Below are positions 22,518 to 34,023 of a DNA stretch of 64,000 bases, in pieces (the first letter of the stretch is position 1; the number at the start of each line of letters is the position of its first letter). The notes below the pieces were generated by a model. The model worked only from the letters and a program-made list of their open reading frames with translations. It searched no databases and was not told where the DNA came from. The position numbers and the translations under genes were made by a program. Source of the DNA: Flavobacteriales bacterium (GTDB lineage Bacteria > Bacteroidota > Bacteroidia > Flavobacteriales > TMED113); assembly GCA_002714185.1 (NCBI GenBank), contig PAWM01000006.1:33345-97344 (forward strand). Direction: 5' to 3'.

Positions 22518-24311
22518 ATGGAGAATATAAAATTATTTGAATTAGCTGAAAGATATCATAAACTATTTCCTAAACATGATATGATTGCGACAAAAACAAG
22601 CGGAAAAATGCGAACATATAGTTCAAGTGAATATATTGAAACAACTAATAATATCGGCTACGGATTACTGAATTTAGGAATCAATAAAAATGATAAAATC
22701 TGTATTATATCATTAAATAGACCTGAGTGGAGTTTAATTGATATGGGTATAAATAAAATTGGAGCTGTTAATGTAGGTATTTATGCAAATATCACAAGAG
22801 CAGAATACAAGTATATAATCAATGATTGCGGTGCTAAAATTATATTTGTGGGGTCTAATGAAATATATAATACTATTAAAGGATTAGACTTAGAAATAGA
22901 ATGCTTAGAGCATATTTTTTCTTTCGATCAAATTGAAGGTGTCAATAACTGGTTAGATATTGTGGAAAATGGTGTTATCAATCCGCAAGAAGAACAAATG
23001 AATAAAATACAAAAGCAAATTATTCCACAAGATTTATTTACATTAATATATACATCTGGTACGACAGGCAAACCAAAAGGAGTAATGTTAAATCACTCAA
23101 ATGTAATTAGTCAAATAACAACCTTAAAAGAAAAACTTCCTATAGGCATTAATGATAGAGCAATTAGTTTTTTACCACTTTGTCATGTTTTTGAAAGAAT
23201 GATTGAATATTTTTATATGTTCAAAGGAGTATCTATTTATTATGCACAAAGTCTTGAGACATTAGGTGAGGATTTAAAAGAAATTCAACCTACAATTATG
23301 CCTACTGTCCCACGTTTGCTAGAAAAAGTCTATGATAAAATACTCACTAAAGGATCTGAACTAAAAGGTTTGAAAAAAAAATTATTTTTTTGGGCGGTAG
23401 AATTAGGATTAAAACATGAATATAATGGAAAAAATGGTATCTGGTATGAATTCCAATTAGCCATTGCTAATAAAATTATATTTAATAAATGGCGAGAAGC
23501 TGTCGGAGGCAATATCCGGTTTATTGTTTCAGGTGCTTCTGCTTTACAAGAAAGAATTGCAAAAATATTTACTGCTGCTCAAATGCCAGTACTTGAAGGA
23601 TATGGGCTATCTGAAACTTCGCCTGTAATTTCAGTAAATTTAGCTCATACTAAAAATGCTCATTACGGAACTGTTGGGACAGTAATTCCTGGAGTTGAAT
23701 TAAAACTTGTTCATGAAGAAGGTATGAGAGAAGGAGAAGGAGAAATTACTATAAAAGGACCAAATGTTATGATGGGTTATTATAACAAACCTGAAGAAAC
23801 AAAAAAAGTAATTGATAAAGATGGTTGGTTTCATACTGGAGATATAGGATGTTTAATTAAAGGGAAATACTTGAAAATTACTGACAGAAAAAAGGAAATA
23901 TTTAAAACTTCTGGAGGTAAATATATTGCACCACAAGTAATGGAAAATCGTTTTAAAGAATCGAGATTGATTGAACAAATTATAGTAATTGGTGAAGGTG
24001 AAAAGCATCCAGCAGCACTTATAATGCCCTCTGAAGAAGGAATTAAATTTTGGTGTCACAAACACAATATTAATTTTTTAAATATGAAGGAGGTTATTAA
24101 CAAAAAAGCTATTCTTGAAAAATTTAATAAAGAAATAGAAAAGTATAATAACTTTTTTAACCCATATGAAAGGATAAAGAAATTTGAATTAATTTCAGAA
24201 CCTTGGTCTGTAGATGGTGGAGAACTAACAGCAACTATGAAATTAAGGCGAAAAAACATATTAGCTAAATATCAACATCTTTATAAGAAGATTTATAATA
24301 CTGAGAGTTAA
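22518..24311 (+). CDS. fadD: Long-chain fatty acid-CoA ligase
   Basis: YTSGTTGKPKG, GYGLSETSP, WFHTGDIG, KTSGGKYIAPQ. Confidence 0.9.
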   Translation: MENIKLFELAERYHKLFPKHDMIATKTSGKMRTYSSSEYIETTNNIGYGLLNLGINKNDKICIISLNRPEWSLIDMGINKIGAVNVGIYANITRAEYKYIINDCGAKIIFVGSNEIYNTIKGLDLEIECLEHIFSFDQIEGVNNWLDIVENGVINPQEEQMNKIQKQIIPQDLFTLIYTSGTTGKPKGVMLNHSNVISQITTLKEKLPIGINDRAISFLPLCHVFERMIEYFYMFKGVSIYYAQSLETLGEDLKEIQPTIMPTVPRLLEKVYDKILTKGSELKGLKKKLFFWAVELGLKHEYNGKNGIWYEFQLAIANKIIFNKWREAVGGNIRFIVSGASALQERIAKIFTAAQMPVLEGYGLSETSPVISVNLAHTKNAHYGTVGTVIPGVELKLVHEEGMREGEGEITIKGPNVMMGYYNKPEETKKVIDKDGWFHTGDIGCLIKGKYLKITDRKKEIFKTSGGKYIAPQVMENRFKESRLIEQIIVIGEGEKHPAALIMPSEEGIKFWCHKHNINFLNMKEVINKKAILEKFNKEIEKYNNFFNPYERIKKFELISEPWSVDGGELTATMKLRRKNILAKYQHLYKKIYNTES

Positions 24312-24315
24312 AAAT

Positions 24316-26700
24316 ATGAGAAAAAAAATTAATAATGTAGCAGTAATTGGCTCTGGTATTATGGGTTCAAGAATCGCATGTCACTTTGCTAACATAGGTG
24401 TTAAAGTATTATTATTAGACATACCTTACGAAGAAAAAGATTCTATTAAAAATAATAATGGACAATCTGTTCGGAATAAAATTGTAAATACATCATTAAA
24501 TGACACATTAAAAGCTAAACCTTCTGCTATATATTCTAAACTATTTGCTAGTAGAATAAAGACAGGTAATTTATCTGATGATATCTCAAAAATAAGTGAA
24601 GTTGATTGGATTATTGAAGTTATAATAGAAAATTTGGAAATTAAAAAAAATTTATTTCAAAACATAGAAAAATATCGGACACCTGGAACTATTATTAGCT
24701 CCAACACATCAGGTATTCCAATCAATAAGTTAATCGAAGGAAGAACTGATGACTTTTGTCAATTCTTTTGTGGTACTCATTTTTTTAATCCACCTCGATA
24801 TTTGAAATTATTAGAAATAATTCCTTCAAAAAAAACAGATCCAGAACTAGTTTCATTTTTAATGAGTTATGGAGAAAAATTCTTGGGAAAAACCACTGTC
24901 TTATGTAAAGATACACCTGCATTTATTGCTAATAGAATTGGTATAGCAGGTATTGCTACTTTATTTAAATTAAGTTATGAATTAGATATGACAATTACCG
25001 ATATTGATGCTTTGACGGGTCCAATAATTGGAAGACCTAAATCTGCAACTTTTAGAACATCAGATTTAGTAGGACTTGATACACTGAATAGTGTTGCTGA
25101 GGGTGTTTATAATAATTGTCCTAATGATGAACATAAAGATATTTTTAAATTACCTCCATTTATTAAAAAAATGCTAGAAAACAAATGGCTTGGTGATAAA
25201 ACAAAACAAGGATTCTATAAAAAAGATAGAGATTCAAAAGGAAATAGAAAAATTCTATCACTAGACCTTAATTCATACGAATACAAAGTACAAAAGAAAA
25301 CCAAATTTGAAACTATTGAAAAAGCTAAAAAAATAAATAAACTTAAAAACAGATTACCTGAGTTAATCAAAGGACAAGATAAAGCAGCTCAATTTTATAA
25401 AAAAATGTTTGCATTTATGTTTGCATATGTAGCTAACAGAATACCTGAAATTACCAATGATATTTATAAAATTGATGATGCTATGTGTGCAGGTTTTGGA
25501 TGGGAAATGGGACCTTTCGCATTATGGGAATCTATAGGTATTGAGCAAGGCATACAATTAATAGAATCAGAAAATCTTAATCAACCTGCATGGACTAAAA
25601 TCTTAAATAACACTAAGTCATTTTATAAAATTGAAAATGGAGAAAAAACCTATTTGAACATAAATAAGAATTCACAATGTAAGATTCCTACATTAAATAA
25701 ATTTATAATACTTGATAATTTACGAACCAAATCACTTATATGGAAAAATCAAGGATTATCTCTTATTGATATCGGAGATGGAGTATTAAATATAGAATTC
25801 CATACAAAATTAAATAGCCTGGGGAAAGATGTTATTGAAGGTGTTCAAAAAGGAATAGAAATTGGAGAAAAAGAGTTTAAAGGAATAGTTATTGGAAACC
25901 AAGGAGAACACTTCTCAGCAGGAGCAGATATAAGTATGATTTTTACACTTATAGTTGAACAAGAATGGGAGAAATTAAATTTAGCAATTAAAACATTTCA
26001 AAACACATCTATGTTAATCAGATACTCTAATATACCAGTTGTCGTAGCTCCTCACGGGCTGACATTAGGTGGGGGATGTGAATTTACACTTCATGCCGAC
26101 TCTGTGCAATGTGCAGCTGAAACATATATGGGACTAGTTGAATTAGGTGTTGGATTGATACCTGGGGGGGGAGGCACTAAAGAAATGGCCTTAAGGGCAT
26201 CAGATCTTTATTATCAAGGTGATGTGGAATTACCTAGACTAAAAGAATACTTTTTAAATATTGGACAAGCAAAAGTTGCAACATCTGCTCATGAAGCATT
26301 TGACCTTGGTTATCTTCAAAAAGGAAAAGATAATATAACAATTAATACAAATAAATTAATTGAAGATGCTAAACAAAAAGTTTTACTTCTAGATAACCTA
26401 GGATACACAAAGCCAATAAAAAGAAATGATATTAAAGTTCTTGGACAGGAGGGAATGGGCATGTTTTTAGTAGGTGCAGATACTTTTAGAGAAGGAGGTT
26501 ACATTACAGAACATGAACAATTAATGTGTGAAAAATTAGCATATGTATTATGTGGGGGTAATTTATCATCTTCAACAAAAGTTTCTGAACAATATTTACT
26601 AGATATTGAAAGAGAAGCTTTCCTATCACTATGTGGGGAGTCAAAAACATTAGAAAGAATTAAACATATGCTAGAAAAAGGTAAACCTTTAAGAAATTAA
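24316..26700 (+). CDS. 3-hydroxyacyl-CoA dehydrogenase / enoyl-CoA hydratase (FadN type)
   Basis: GSGIMG, SNTSG, HFFNPP, C-terminal crotonase fold (LGGGCE, PGGGG). Confidence 0.92.
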   Translation: MRKKINNVAVIGSGIMGSRIACHFANIGVKVLLLDIPYEEKDSIKNNNGQSVRNKIVNTSLNDTLKAKPSAIYSKLFASRIKTGNLSDDISKISEVDWIIEVIIENLEIKKNLFQNIEKYRTPGTIISSNTSGIPINKLIEGRTDDFCQFFCGTHFFNPPRYLKLLEIIPSKKTDPELVSFLMSYGEKFLGKTTVLCKDTPAFIANRIGIAGIATLFKLSYELDMTITDIDALTGPIIGRPKSATFRTSDLVGLDTLNSVAEGVYNNCPNDEHKDIFKLPPFIKKMLENKWLGDKTKQGFYKKDRDSKGNRKILSLDLNSYEYKVQKKTKFETIEKAKKINKLKNRLPELIKGQDKAAQFYKKMFAFMFAYVANRIPEITNDIYKIDDAMCAGFGWEMGPFALWESIGIEQGIQLIESENLNQPAWTKILNNTKSFYKIENGEKTYLNINKNSQCKIPTLNKFIILDNLRTKSLIWKNQGLSLIDIGDGVLNIEFHTKLNSLGKDVIEGVQKGIEIGEKEFKGIVIGNQGEHFSAGADISMIFTLIVEQEWEKLNLAIKTFQNTSMLIRYSNIPVVVAPHGLTLGGGCEFTLHADSVQCAAETYMGLVELGVGLIPGGGGTKEMALRASDLYYQGDVELPRLKEYFLNIGQAKVATSAHEAFDLGYLQKGKDNITINTNKLIEDAKQKVLLLDNLGYTKPIKRNDIKVLGQEGMGMFLVGADTFREGGYITEHEQLMCEKLAYVLCGGNLSSSTKVSEQYLLDIEREAFLSLCGESKTLERIKHMLEKGKPLRN

Positions 26701-26703
26701 ATT

Positions 26704-27885
26704 ATGGAAGAAGTGTATATAGTACAAGCATATAGAACTGCTGTTGGAAAATCGAAAAAAGGAAAAATCACCTTCGTTCGTCCGGATGATTTAGGGGCAC
26801 AATTAATTGAAAAAATTGTGCAAAAGATTCCAAATTTTAATAAAGAAGAAATTAATGATATTATTGTTGGTAATGCAACACCTGAAGCAGAGCAAGGTTT
26901 AAATATTGGAAGAATGATTTCATTAATTGGATTAAATTCAGTTAAAATTCCTGGAATAACTGTAAATAGATACTGTTCATCGGGATTAGAAACAATTGCT
27001 ATTGGTTCAGCAAAAATTAAAGCAAAAATGTCTGAATGTATAATAGCTGGAGGTGTTGAAACTATGTCTAATATTCCTATGGGAGGATGGAAAATTACAC
27101 CAAATTACCAAGTAGCTAAAAATCATCCAGATTGGTATTGGGGCATGGGAACCACAGCAGAAGCAATCGTAAAAAAATATCAAATTACGCGAATAGAACA
27201 AGATGAATTTGCCTATCATTCTCATATGAAAGCTGTTTCTGCCTTGAAAAATAACTTATTTAAAAAAGATATTATTCCAATCGAAATAAAGAAAACATTC
27301 CTAAATCAAGAATCAGTAATCAAAAATATTACTTATTCTTTTGAGGAAGATGAAGGACCAAGACAAGATACTACAATAGAAAAATTAGGAAAATTAAAAC
27401 CTGTTTTTGCTCAAGGAGGGACGGTAACTGCTGGAAATTCTTCACAAACATCTAACGGAGCTGCATTTGTTATGCTTATGTCCGAAAAAATGATTAAAAA
27501 ACTAAACATAGAACCTATTGCTAGGTTAAAAAGCTATGCAGTATGCGGTGTAGAACCAAAACATATGGGAATTGGACCAGTTGAAGCAATTCCACTTGCA
27601 TTAAAACAAGCAAACATGTCAATTAATGATATCGAGTTAATTGAATTAAATGAAGCTTTTGCTTGTCAAGCATTAGCAGTAATTAAAGAAGCACATTTAA
27701 ATCCTGATATAATTAATGTAAATGGTGGAGCAATTGCTCTTGGACACCCATTAGGTTGCACAGGTGCAAAATTAACTGTACAATTACTAAATGAAATGAA
27801 GAGAAGAGGTTTAAAAAATGGTATGGTTACAATGTGTGTTGGTACAGGTCAAGGAGCAGCAGGTATTTTTGAATTACTAAACTAA
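26704..27885 (+). CDS. Acetyl-CoA C-acyltransferase (thiolase)
   Basis: [32 protein letters not shown]. Confidence 0.95.
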   Translation: MEEVYIVQAYRTAVGKSKKGKITFVRPDDLGAQLIEKIVQKIPNFNKEEINDIIVGNATPEAEQGLNIGRMISLIGLNSVKIPGITVNRYCSSGLETIAIGSAKIKAKMSECIIAGGVETMSNIPMGGWKITPNYQVAKNHPDWYWGMGTTAEAIVKKYQITRIEQDEFAYHSHMKAVSALKNNLFKKDIIPIEIKKTFLNQESVIKNITYSFEEDEGPRQDTTIEKLGKLKPVFAQGGTVTAGNSSQTSNGAAFVMLMSEKMIKKLNIEPIARLKSYAVCGVEPKHMGIGPVEAIPLALKQANMSINDIELIELNEAFACQALAVIKEAHLNPDIINVNGGAIALGHPLGCTGAKLTVQLLNEMKRRGLKNGMVTMCVGTGQGAAGIFELLN

Positions 27886-27894
27886 GTAAGAATT

Positions 27895-29691
27895 ATGAAA
27901 GAGGAAAAAATAGGCGGGTCGTTTTTAATAAAAGAAACTGATTTTCAAGATGTATTTATTATCGAAGATTTTGACTCTACAGCTCAACAAATGATTGATG
28001 CAACTAGAGATTTTGTGGAAAAAGAAATTTACCCTAACATTAGACAATTAGAAAATAATAATTACGATTTAGTAAAAAATATAATGAAAAAAGCAGGTGA
28101 TTTAGGTTTACTAGGTTTAAATATACCTGAAGAATACGGAGGATTTGGTATGGGTTTTAATTTATCTATGTTTATATGTGGAGAAATGAGTTCATATTCT
28201 GGTTCAGTTGCAACTGCATATGGAGCCCATACCGGTATAGGTACTTATCCAATTTTATACTATGGGTCGGAAGAATTAAAAAAAATATTTTTACCAAAAA
28301 TCGCATCGGGTGAATGGATTTCTTGTTATAATTTAACTGAACCCAATGCAGGTTCTGATGCAAATTCAGGTACTACGAAAGCTGTGCTAACTGAAAACAA
28401 AAAACAATTTGAAATATCAGGACAGAAAATTTGGATTAGTAATGCAGGATTTGCGGAAGTTTTTATTGTATTTGCGAGAATTGAAAATGATAAAAATATA
28501 ACAGGTTTTGTACTAAATAAATCTGGAGCTAAAGGTATCACTCTTGGAGAAGAAGAAAAAAAATTAGGACTTAATTCATCTTCTACAAGACAAGTTTTTT
28601 TTGATAAAACTAAAATATCAATAAATCAAATGCTAGGTGAAAGAAATGGTGGTTTTAAAATTGCTATGAATTCATTAAATGTAGGTAGGATTAAATTATG
28701 CGCTGCTACTACAGCTGCAGCTGAAAAAGTATTAAATATTTCTATTGAATATGCTCTCCAAAGAAAACAATTTAAAAATGAGATTATTAATTACGGTGCT
28801 ATTAAAGAAAAATTAGCTAATATGGCAACTCTTGTTTACTGCTCCAATGCTGCACTATATCGAGCAGGTAATGATATTGAAATTAAAATTCAACAACTTA
28901 TTAATAAAGGAGAAAATAAAACTAATGCCAAACTGAAAGGCTTATTAAGTTATGCAGTAGAATGTGCAATTATGAAGGTGAATGGATCCGAAGTTATAAA
29001 ATTCGTCTCAGACGAAGCTATACAAATACATGGTGGAATGGGATATTCGGCAGACTCGTTAGTTGAACCTGCATATAGGGATGCAAGAATATCAAGAATA
29101 TATGAAGGAACAAACGAAATAAATAGAATGCTCATTGTAGAAATGATGCTTAAAAAAGCAATAAAAAAAGAGTTAAATATATTTAAAGCAATAAAAAAAC
29201 TCCAAAGAGAGTTACCATTAATTACACTTGGAATAAATAAAAAATTTTCTAAATCTAAATTAAGCGATGAAAAAGTTGCTGTAAATAAATTAAAAAAATT
29301 ATCACTATTAATGCTTGGCATATCCGTATCAAAATACAAAGCAAAACTTGTAAAAGAACAAGAATTACTTATGAGAATCGCTGACTTAATAATTGAAACA
29401 TATATTTGTGAATCCGCACTATTAAAAACTGAAAAGAAAATTAAAAATAATGGATTTAATAATAGTAAAACAGAAATTAATATGACAAGAAATCATATTC
29501 ATTATTCTCTAAATTTATGTAGAAATTCAGCTGAAGAAATAATTATGGCAACATCTAATGGGATAAAAAATCGGTATTTAATATCCGTATCTAAAAAATT
29601 AACTTATCCTTTACAATTAGATATAAAAGAAACTAGAAGAAGAATTTCAGAAAAATTACAATCTGATAAAAAATATAATTTTTCTATTTAA
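27895..29691 (+). CDS. Acyl-CoA dehydrogenase (long, VLCAD-like)
   Basis: LTEPNAGSDA, GQKIWISN, QIHGGMG, RIYEGTNEINR. Confidence 0.93.
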   Translation: MKEEKIGGSFLIKETDFQDVFIIEDFDSTAQQMIDATRDFVEKEIYPNIRQLENNNYDLVKNIMKKAGDLGLLGLNIPEEYGGFGMGFNLSMFICGEMSSYSGSVATAYGAHTGIGTYPILYYGSEELKKIFLPKIASGEWISCYNLTEPNAGSDANSGTTKAVLTENKKQFEISGQKIWISNAGFAEVFIVFARIENDKNITGFVLNKSGAKGITLGEEEKKLGLNSSSTRQVFFDKTKISINQMLGERNGGFKIAMNSLNVGRIKLCAATTAAAEKVLNISIEYALQRKQFKNEIINYGAIKEKLANMATLVYCSNAALYRAGNDIEIKIQQLINKGENKTNAKLKGLLSYAVECAIMKVNGSEVIKFVSDEAIQIHGGMGYSADSLVEPAYRDARISRIYEGTNEINRMLIVEMMLKKAIKKELNIFKAIKKLQRELPLITLGINKKFSKSKLSDEKVAVNKLKKLSLLMLGISVSKYKAKLVKEQELLMRIADLIIETYICESALLKTEKKIKNNGFNNSKTEINMTRNHIHYSLNLCRNSAEEIIMATSNGIKNRYLISVSKKLTYPLQLDIKETRRRISEKLQSDKKYNFSI

Positions 29692-29703
29692 TTATTTAAA
29701 TAA

Positions 29704-30345
29704 ATGGATTTTTTAAATAAAGAAATACTGGATTACTGTAAAAAATTTACTTCCCAAAACAACAAAATTCTTAAAGAACTAGCTAGAGAAACAGAATATA
29801 AAATAATGATGCCTAGAATGATGTCTGGTCCTTTAATGGGCTCATTTTTACAATTCATTAGCTATATGATGAAACCTATGTCTGTTTTAGAAATAGGAAC
29901 CTATACTGGGTATTCTGCAATTTGCCTAGCAAGTGGATTACAAAAAAATGGACATTTACATACAATTGAAATTAATCCTGAATTAGAAGATTTTGCAAAA
30001 AAGTATTTCAAAAAAGCAAAAGTTAATAACCAAATTACTTTGCATATTGGAAATGCATTAGACATTATACCTTTACTAGATATTTCTTTTGATATTATAT
30101 TTATTGATGCTGATAAAAAAAATTATTTAAAATATTATGAATTAAGTTTGAAAAAGATAAAAAAAGGTGGAATCATACTGATTGACAATGTTCTTTGGAG
30201 TGGAAAAGTTTTACAAAAAATAAAAAAAAATGATAAAGAAACCCGTGAAATAAAAAAACTCAACAAGCTAATTATAAATGATGATAGAGTTGAAAATATG
30301 ATGTTACCATTAAGAGATGGAATAATGATATGTAAAATTCTATGA
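29704..30345 (+). CDS. O-methyltransferase (caffeoyl-CoA OMT-like)
   Basis: LEIGTYTGYS, FIDADK, DNVLWSG, RDG. Confidence 0.9.
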   Translation: MDFLNKEILDYCKKFTSQNNKILKELARETEYKIMMPRMMSGPLMGSFLQFISYMMKPMSVLEIGTYTGYSAICLASGLQKNGHLHTIEINPELEDFAKKYFKKAKVNNQITLHIGNALDIIPLLDISFDIIFIDADKKNYLKYYELSLKKIKKGGIILIDNVLWSGKVLQKIKKNDKETREIKKLNKLIINDDRVENMMLPLRDGIMICKIL

Positions 30346-30699
30346 GTTTTTTATAAAAAAATATAAAACTGTAAAGCATATCAAAATACTAGTAAAAATA
30401 TTCATAACTGCATATAACATATAACCGTCTTTTATCAAATTAATTGTTTCAAAGCTAAAAGATGAAAAAGTACTAAGTCCTCCACAAAATCCTACCAATA
30501 ATAATAATCTTGCATTATCAGTTACCATATGATTTTGTATGCCTACCAAAAAAATCCCTAAGATTAGGCAACTTAATAAATTAGCTAACAAAGTTGCTAT
30601 TGGCAATTTATAATTAATAAATGATAATGAAATTAGATATCTAACTAAACTACCTAGCCCCCCCCCAAAAAAAACATAAAATAATTTTAACACAAACAC
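30340..30699 (-). CDS. crcB: Fluoride efflux channel CrcB/Fluc
   Basis: GGGLGSLVRY, GFCGGLSTFSSF, four hydrophobic segments. Confidence 0.92.
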   Translation of the reverse strand: MFVLKLFYVFFGGGLGSLVRYLISLSFINYKLPIATLLANLLSCLILGIFLVGIQNHMVTDNARLLLLVGFCGGLSTFSSFSFETINLIKDGYMLYAVMNIFTSILICFTVLYFFIKNS

Positions 30700-31259
30700 T
30701 ACTTATTGAAAAAATAATTATAGATTTTATAAACTATAATTCCAATAAAAATACCAAATAAAATACCAAATAAAACATCTAAAGGATAATGTTTTGCTAA
30801 GTAAATACGACTATATGAAACAATAAATACCCAAATCACTAATATATATTTCAAAAATATTTTAATACTCTTAAAAGCAAGCACAATAAAAATAGCCATA
30901 GATGATGTATTAGCTGAATGACCTGAAATAAAACCATATTGACCTCCGCAATCAACAATAAGTGGACGGATTTGATCTACTAATTCTAATTCCCAACAAG
31001 GTCTAAGTCTCATAAAAACATTTTTAAACAAGTGAACATGTAAAAAATCTGTAACTCCAATACTAATAATTAAAAAAACAATAAATAATGTCCATTTTTT
31101 TTTTTCAATTACAGGGATATAAATTAAAACAACGATAGTTATAAAAGTAAAAATCACTAGTTTGTTTGAAAAAAATATCCATAGAAAATCCCATTTTTCT
31201 GACCCTAAATTATTTAAGAAAACAAATAGATTTTTATCTAGCTCAATTAATTTATTCAT
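30699..31259 (-). CDS. PAP2-family membrane phosphatase
   Basis: KNVFMRLRPC, SGHS, SRIYLAKHYPLD motifs. Confidence 0.9.
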   Translation of the reverse strand: MNKLIELDKNLFVFLNNLGSEKWDFLWIFFSNKLVIFTFITIVVLIYIPVIEKKKWTLFIVFLIISIGVTDFLHVHLFKNVFMRLRPCWELELVDQIRPLIVDCGGQYGFISGHSANTSSMAIFIVLAFKSIKIFLKYILVIWVFIVSYSRIYLAKHYPLDVLFGILFGIFIGIIVYKIYNYFFNK

Positions 31260-31260
31260 A

Positions 31261-32256
31261 CTAGTTAGAAGTTAATAAGTGCCAAATAGAATCTTTTAAC
31301 TTATCCAAGTTATAATTAGTGATTGACGAAATAAAAATATGCTTTATAGGAATACTTTTAGAAATTTCCTCTTCTAATTCTTGGCCAAGAATATCAGATT
31401 TTGTAATAACTAATAGTTTATCTTTATCCAGTAATTCAGGATTATATTTCTCAAGCTCAGACAATAAAGTAAAATAATTTTTCATTATATCATCACTCTC
31501 AACAGAGATTAAAAATAATAAACAAGTATTACGTTCAATATGTCTTAAAAATCGATGACCTAAACCTTTACCATCACTTGCACCGCTTATAATTCCTGGA
31601 ATATCAGCCATTATAAAAGATTGACCATCCCTATAATCAACGATACCTAAATTAGGAGTTAAAGTGGTAAATTCATAATCTGCTATTTTAGGTTTAGCCG
31701 CAGTAACTCTTGATAATAAAGTTGATTTACCTGCATTAGGAAAACCAACTAACCCTACATCTGCAAGAATTTTCAATTCTAATATATAAGCATTTTCTAA
31801 ACCTATTTTACCAGGTTGTGCATATCTTGGACTTTGACGAACCGAATTTTTAAAATGTACATTACCTCTTCCTCCTAAACCGCCTTTTAATAAAATTGAA
31901 TCTTCGTTAGCCTCTGTGATTTCAAATAAAAATTCATGAGAATTTGCATCTTTGACTATAGTACCTAATGGAACCTCTATTATAATATCCTTACCATTTG
32001 CACCAGTGCTAGTATTTTTTCCTCCATCCCCACCATGACCTGCTTTAATATGTTTAGTATATTTTAAATGTAATAATGTCCAAAAATTACTATTGCCCTT
32101 TAAAATAATATGACCCCCTCTACCTCCATCTCCACCATCCGGTCCACCTTTTGGTTGTATTCTTGATCTAAAAAAATGCGCAGAACCTTTACCCCCATTA
32201 CCTGATTTACAGTAAATCTTTACATAATCGATGAAAGTAGTTTTTGAATTTTTCAT
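31261..32256 (-). CDS. obgE: GTPase ObgE
   Basis: [34 protein letters not shown]. Confidence 0.96.
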   Translation of the reverse strand: MKNSKTTFIDYVKIYCKSGNGGKGSAHFFRSRIQPKGGPDGGDGGRGGHIILKGNSNFWTLLHLKYTKHIKAGHGGDGGKNTSTGANGKDIIIEVPLGTIVKDANSHEFLFEITEANEDSILLKGGLGGRGNVHFKNSVRQSPRYAQPGKIGLENAYILELKILADVGLVGFPNAGKSTLLSRVTAAKPKIADYEFTTLTPNLGIVDYRDGQSFIMADIPGIISGASDGKGLGHRFLRHIERNTCLLFLISVESDDIMKNYFTLLSELEKYNPELLDKDKLLVITKSDILGQELEEEISKSIPIKHIFISSITNYNLDKLKDSIWHLLTSN

Positions 32257-32292
32257 AATTTACATAAATGAAAGGCAATTGAATTATTGCTA

Positions 32293-32874
32293 TTATTTTT
32301 TTCGTAAAAAAATATTAAATATATCTTCTGATATTTCATTAACTGTTCTTTCACCATCAATAGAAAAAAATGAATCTTTTAACTTATTTAAATAAAAATT
32401 TTTGAGCATAGCAGTTTGATTGTGATATACTTGAATTCTATTTCTTATAACTTCTTGATTTTTATCATCTGCTCTCCCACTATCTAGACCTCTGTTAAGT
32501 AATCTTTTAACTAATTCATTTTCTGAAACTTCTAATGAAATAATAAATGACAAATTCATTTCTTTTTTTTCAAGAAGCTTTGAAAATGCCTGGGCTTGGG
32601 GCAAAGTTCTAGGAAAACCATCAAAAATATAACCATTTGAATCACTATATGAATCTAGCTCATTAGCTAGTAAATTAATAGTTAAATCATCTGGAACTAA
32701 TTGACCTTTTTGTATATAATTTTCTGCTAATTTCCCCAAATTTGTTTGTTGTGAAATGTTTTTTCTAAAAACATCACCTGTTGATATATGGGTTAGCTGT
32801 TTTTTCTGAACAATTAAATCAGCTTGAGTTCCTTTACCAGATCCTGGTGGTCCAAATAATACTATATTTAACAT
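32293..32874 (-). CDS. adk: Adenylate kinase (short LID)
   Basis: GPPGSGKGTQ, HISTGD, DGFPR, R.DD. Confidence 0.96.
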   Translation of the reverse strand: MLNIVLFGPPGSGKGTQADLIVQKKQLTHISTGDVFRKNISQQTNLGKLAENYIQKGQLVPDDLTINLLANELDSYSDSNGYIFDGFPRTLPQAQAFSKLLEKKEMNLSFIISLEVSENELVKRLLNRGLDSGRADDKNQEVIRNRIQVYHNQTAMLKNFYLNKLKDSFFSIDGERTVNEISEDIFNIFLRKK

Positions 32875-32886
32875 AATAAATTAATT

Positions 32887-33426
32887 TTAATGAATAATAT
32901 TTTTATATATAGCCGATAAATCTCGACCTTTTTCATTGAAATCCATTCCATAACCTACAACAAATTCATTTTCAATTTTAAAACCTATATAATTTGGCTC
33001 AATTGAATAATTATATTTTTTAGGCTTATATAACAAAGTTACACACTCTATATTTTTAGCACCATATTTTTTCAATTCTTTTTTTAAAAAATTTAATGTG
33101 AATCCAGTATCAACAATATCTTCAATAACTAATATATTTTTATTCTTTACTAAATCATAAGGAAAATAATCTATTGAAATTTTTTTTGTTGATGCCATTC
33201 CTGAATAAGATTTTAACTTCACTAAACTAACATGAACCGAATCATCTAAATTTTGAAGAAACTTACTTGCAAAAACAGTAGCACCATTCAATACAATTAA
33301 ACATAATGGCCAATCATTATTATATTTAAAATTTATCTGCTCAAAAAGAATATTAATCTTTCTTAAAATTTCTTTTGATGGAATTAATAATTCAAATAAC
33401 AAGCCATCTATTTTAATTTTTTTCAT
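32887..33426 (-). CDS. hpt: Hypoxanthine phosphoribosyltransferase
   Basis: VIEDIVDTGFT, FVVGYGMD; start moved to ATG 33426. Confidence 0.88.
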   Translation of the reverse strand: MKKIKIDGLLFELLIPSKEILRKINILFEQINFKYNNDWPLCLIVLNGATVFASKFLQNLDDSVHVSLVKLKSYSGMASTKKISIDYFPYDLVKNKNILVIEDIVDTGFTLNFLKKELKKYGAKNIECVTLLYKPKKYNYSIEPNYIGFKIENEFVVGYGMDFNEKGRDLSAIYKNIIH

Positions 33427-33443
33427 CGATAAAAGTAAAATTA

Positions 33444-33451
33444 CAAAATTA
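33444..33451 (-). promoter_or_regulatory. -7 element (TAATTTTG) for hpt-adk-obgE
   Basis: TAnnTTTG match 17 nt upstream of the hpt ATG. Confidence 0.4.
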
Positions 33452-33488
33452 TTCAAGTTGAAATAATAATTTTATTATTATAAAAGAC

Positions 33489-33496
33489 TAAATTTG
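33489..33496 (+). promoter_or_regulatory. -7 element (TAAATTTG) for purE
   Basis: TAnnTTTG match 20 nt upstream of the purE ATG. Confidence 0.5.
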
Positions 33497-33516
33497 GTGC
33501 TTAAAAAATTACTATT

Positions 33517-34023
33517 ATGAAACCACTTGTTAGTATTATTATGGGTAGCACATCTGACTGGCCAGTTATGAAAAAAGCTGCTATGTTTTTTGAAGAAATG
33601 GAAATTCCTTTTGAAGTAAATGCATTATCAGCTCATCGAACACCTGAAGAGGTTGAACAATTTGCAAAAAATGCATCAACTAATGGTATTAAAATAGTAA
33701 TTGCAGGTGCTGGCATGGCTGCACACTTGCCGGGTGTAATTGCAGCAATGACACCGATTCCTGTAATTGGTGTCCCAATTAAAGCCTCTCTTGACGGACT
33801 TGATTCTTTACTTGCAATTGTTCAAATGCCCCCTGGAATACCAGTAGCTACAGTAGCAATTAATGGAGCTCTTAATGCAGGAATTCTTGCAGCTCAGATG
33901 TTATCTACAAATGATACCTCAATGTTTTCTAAAACTGTAGAATACAAAGAAAAATTAAAAGGGAAAATAGTTAAAGCAAATCAGGAATTGCAAAAAGAAA
34001 AATTTAAATTTAGAACAAATTAA
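33517..34023 (+). CDS. purE: N5-CAIR mutase
   Basis: IIMGSTSD, SAHRTP, AGMAAHLPG, VQMPPGIPVATV. Confidence 0.97.
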   Translation: MKPLVSIIMGSTSDWPVMKKAAMFFEEMEIPFEVNALSAHRTPEEVEQFAKNASTNGIKIVIAGAGMAAHLPGVIAAMTPIPVIGVPIKASLDGLDSLLAIVQMPPGIPVATVAINGALNAGILAAQMLSTNDTSMFSKTVEYKEKLKGKIVKANQELQKEKFKFRTN

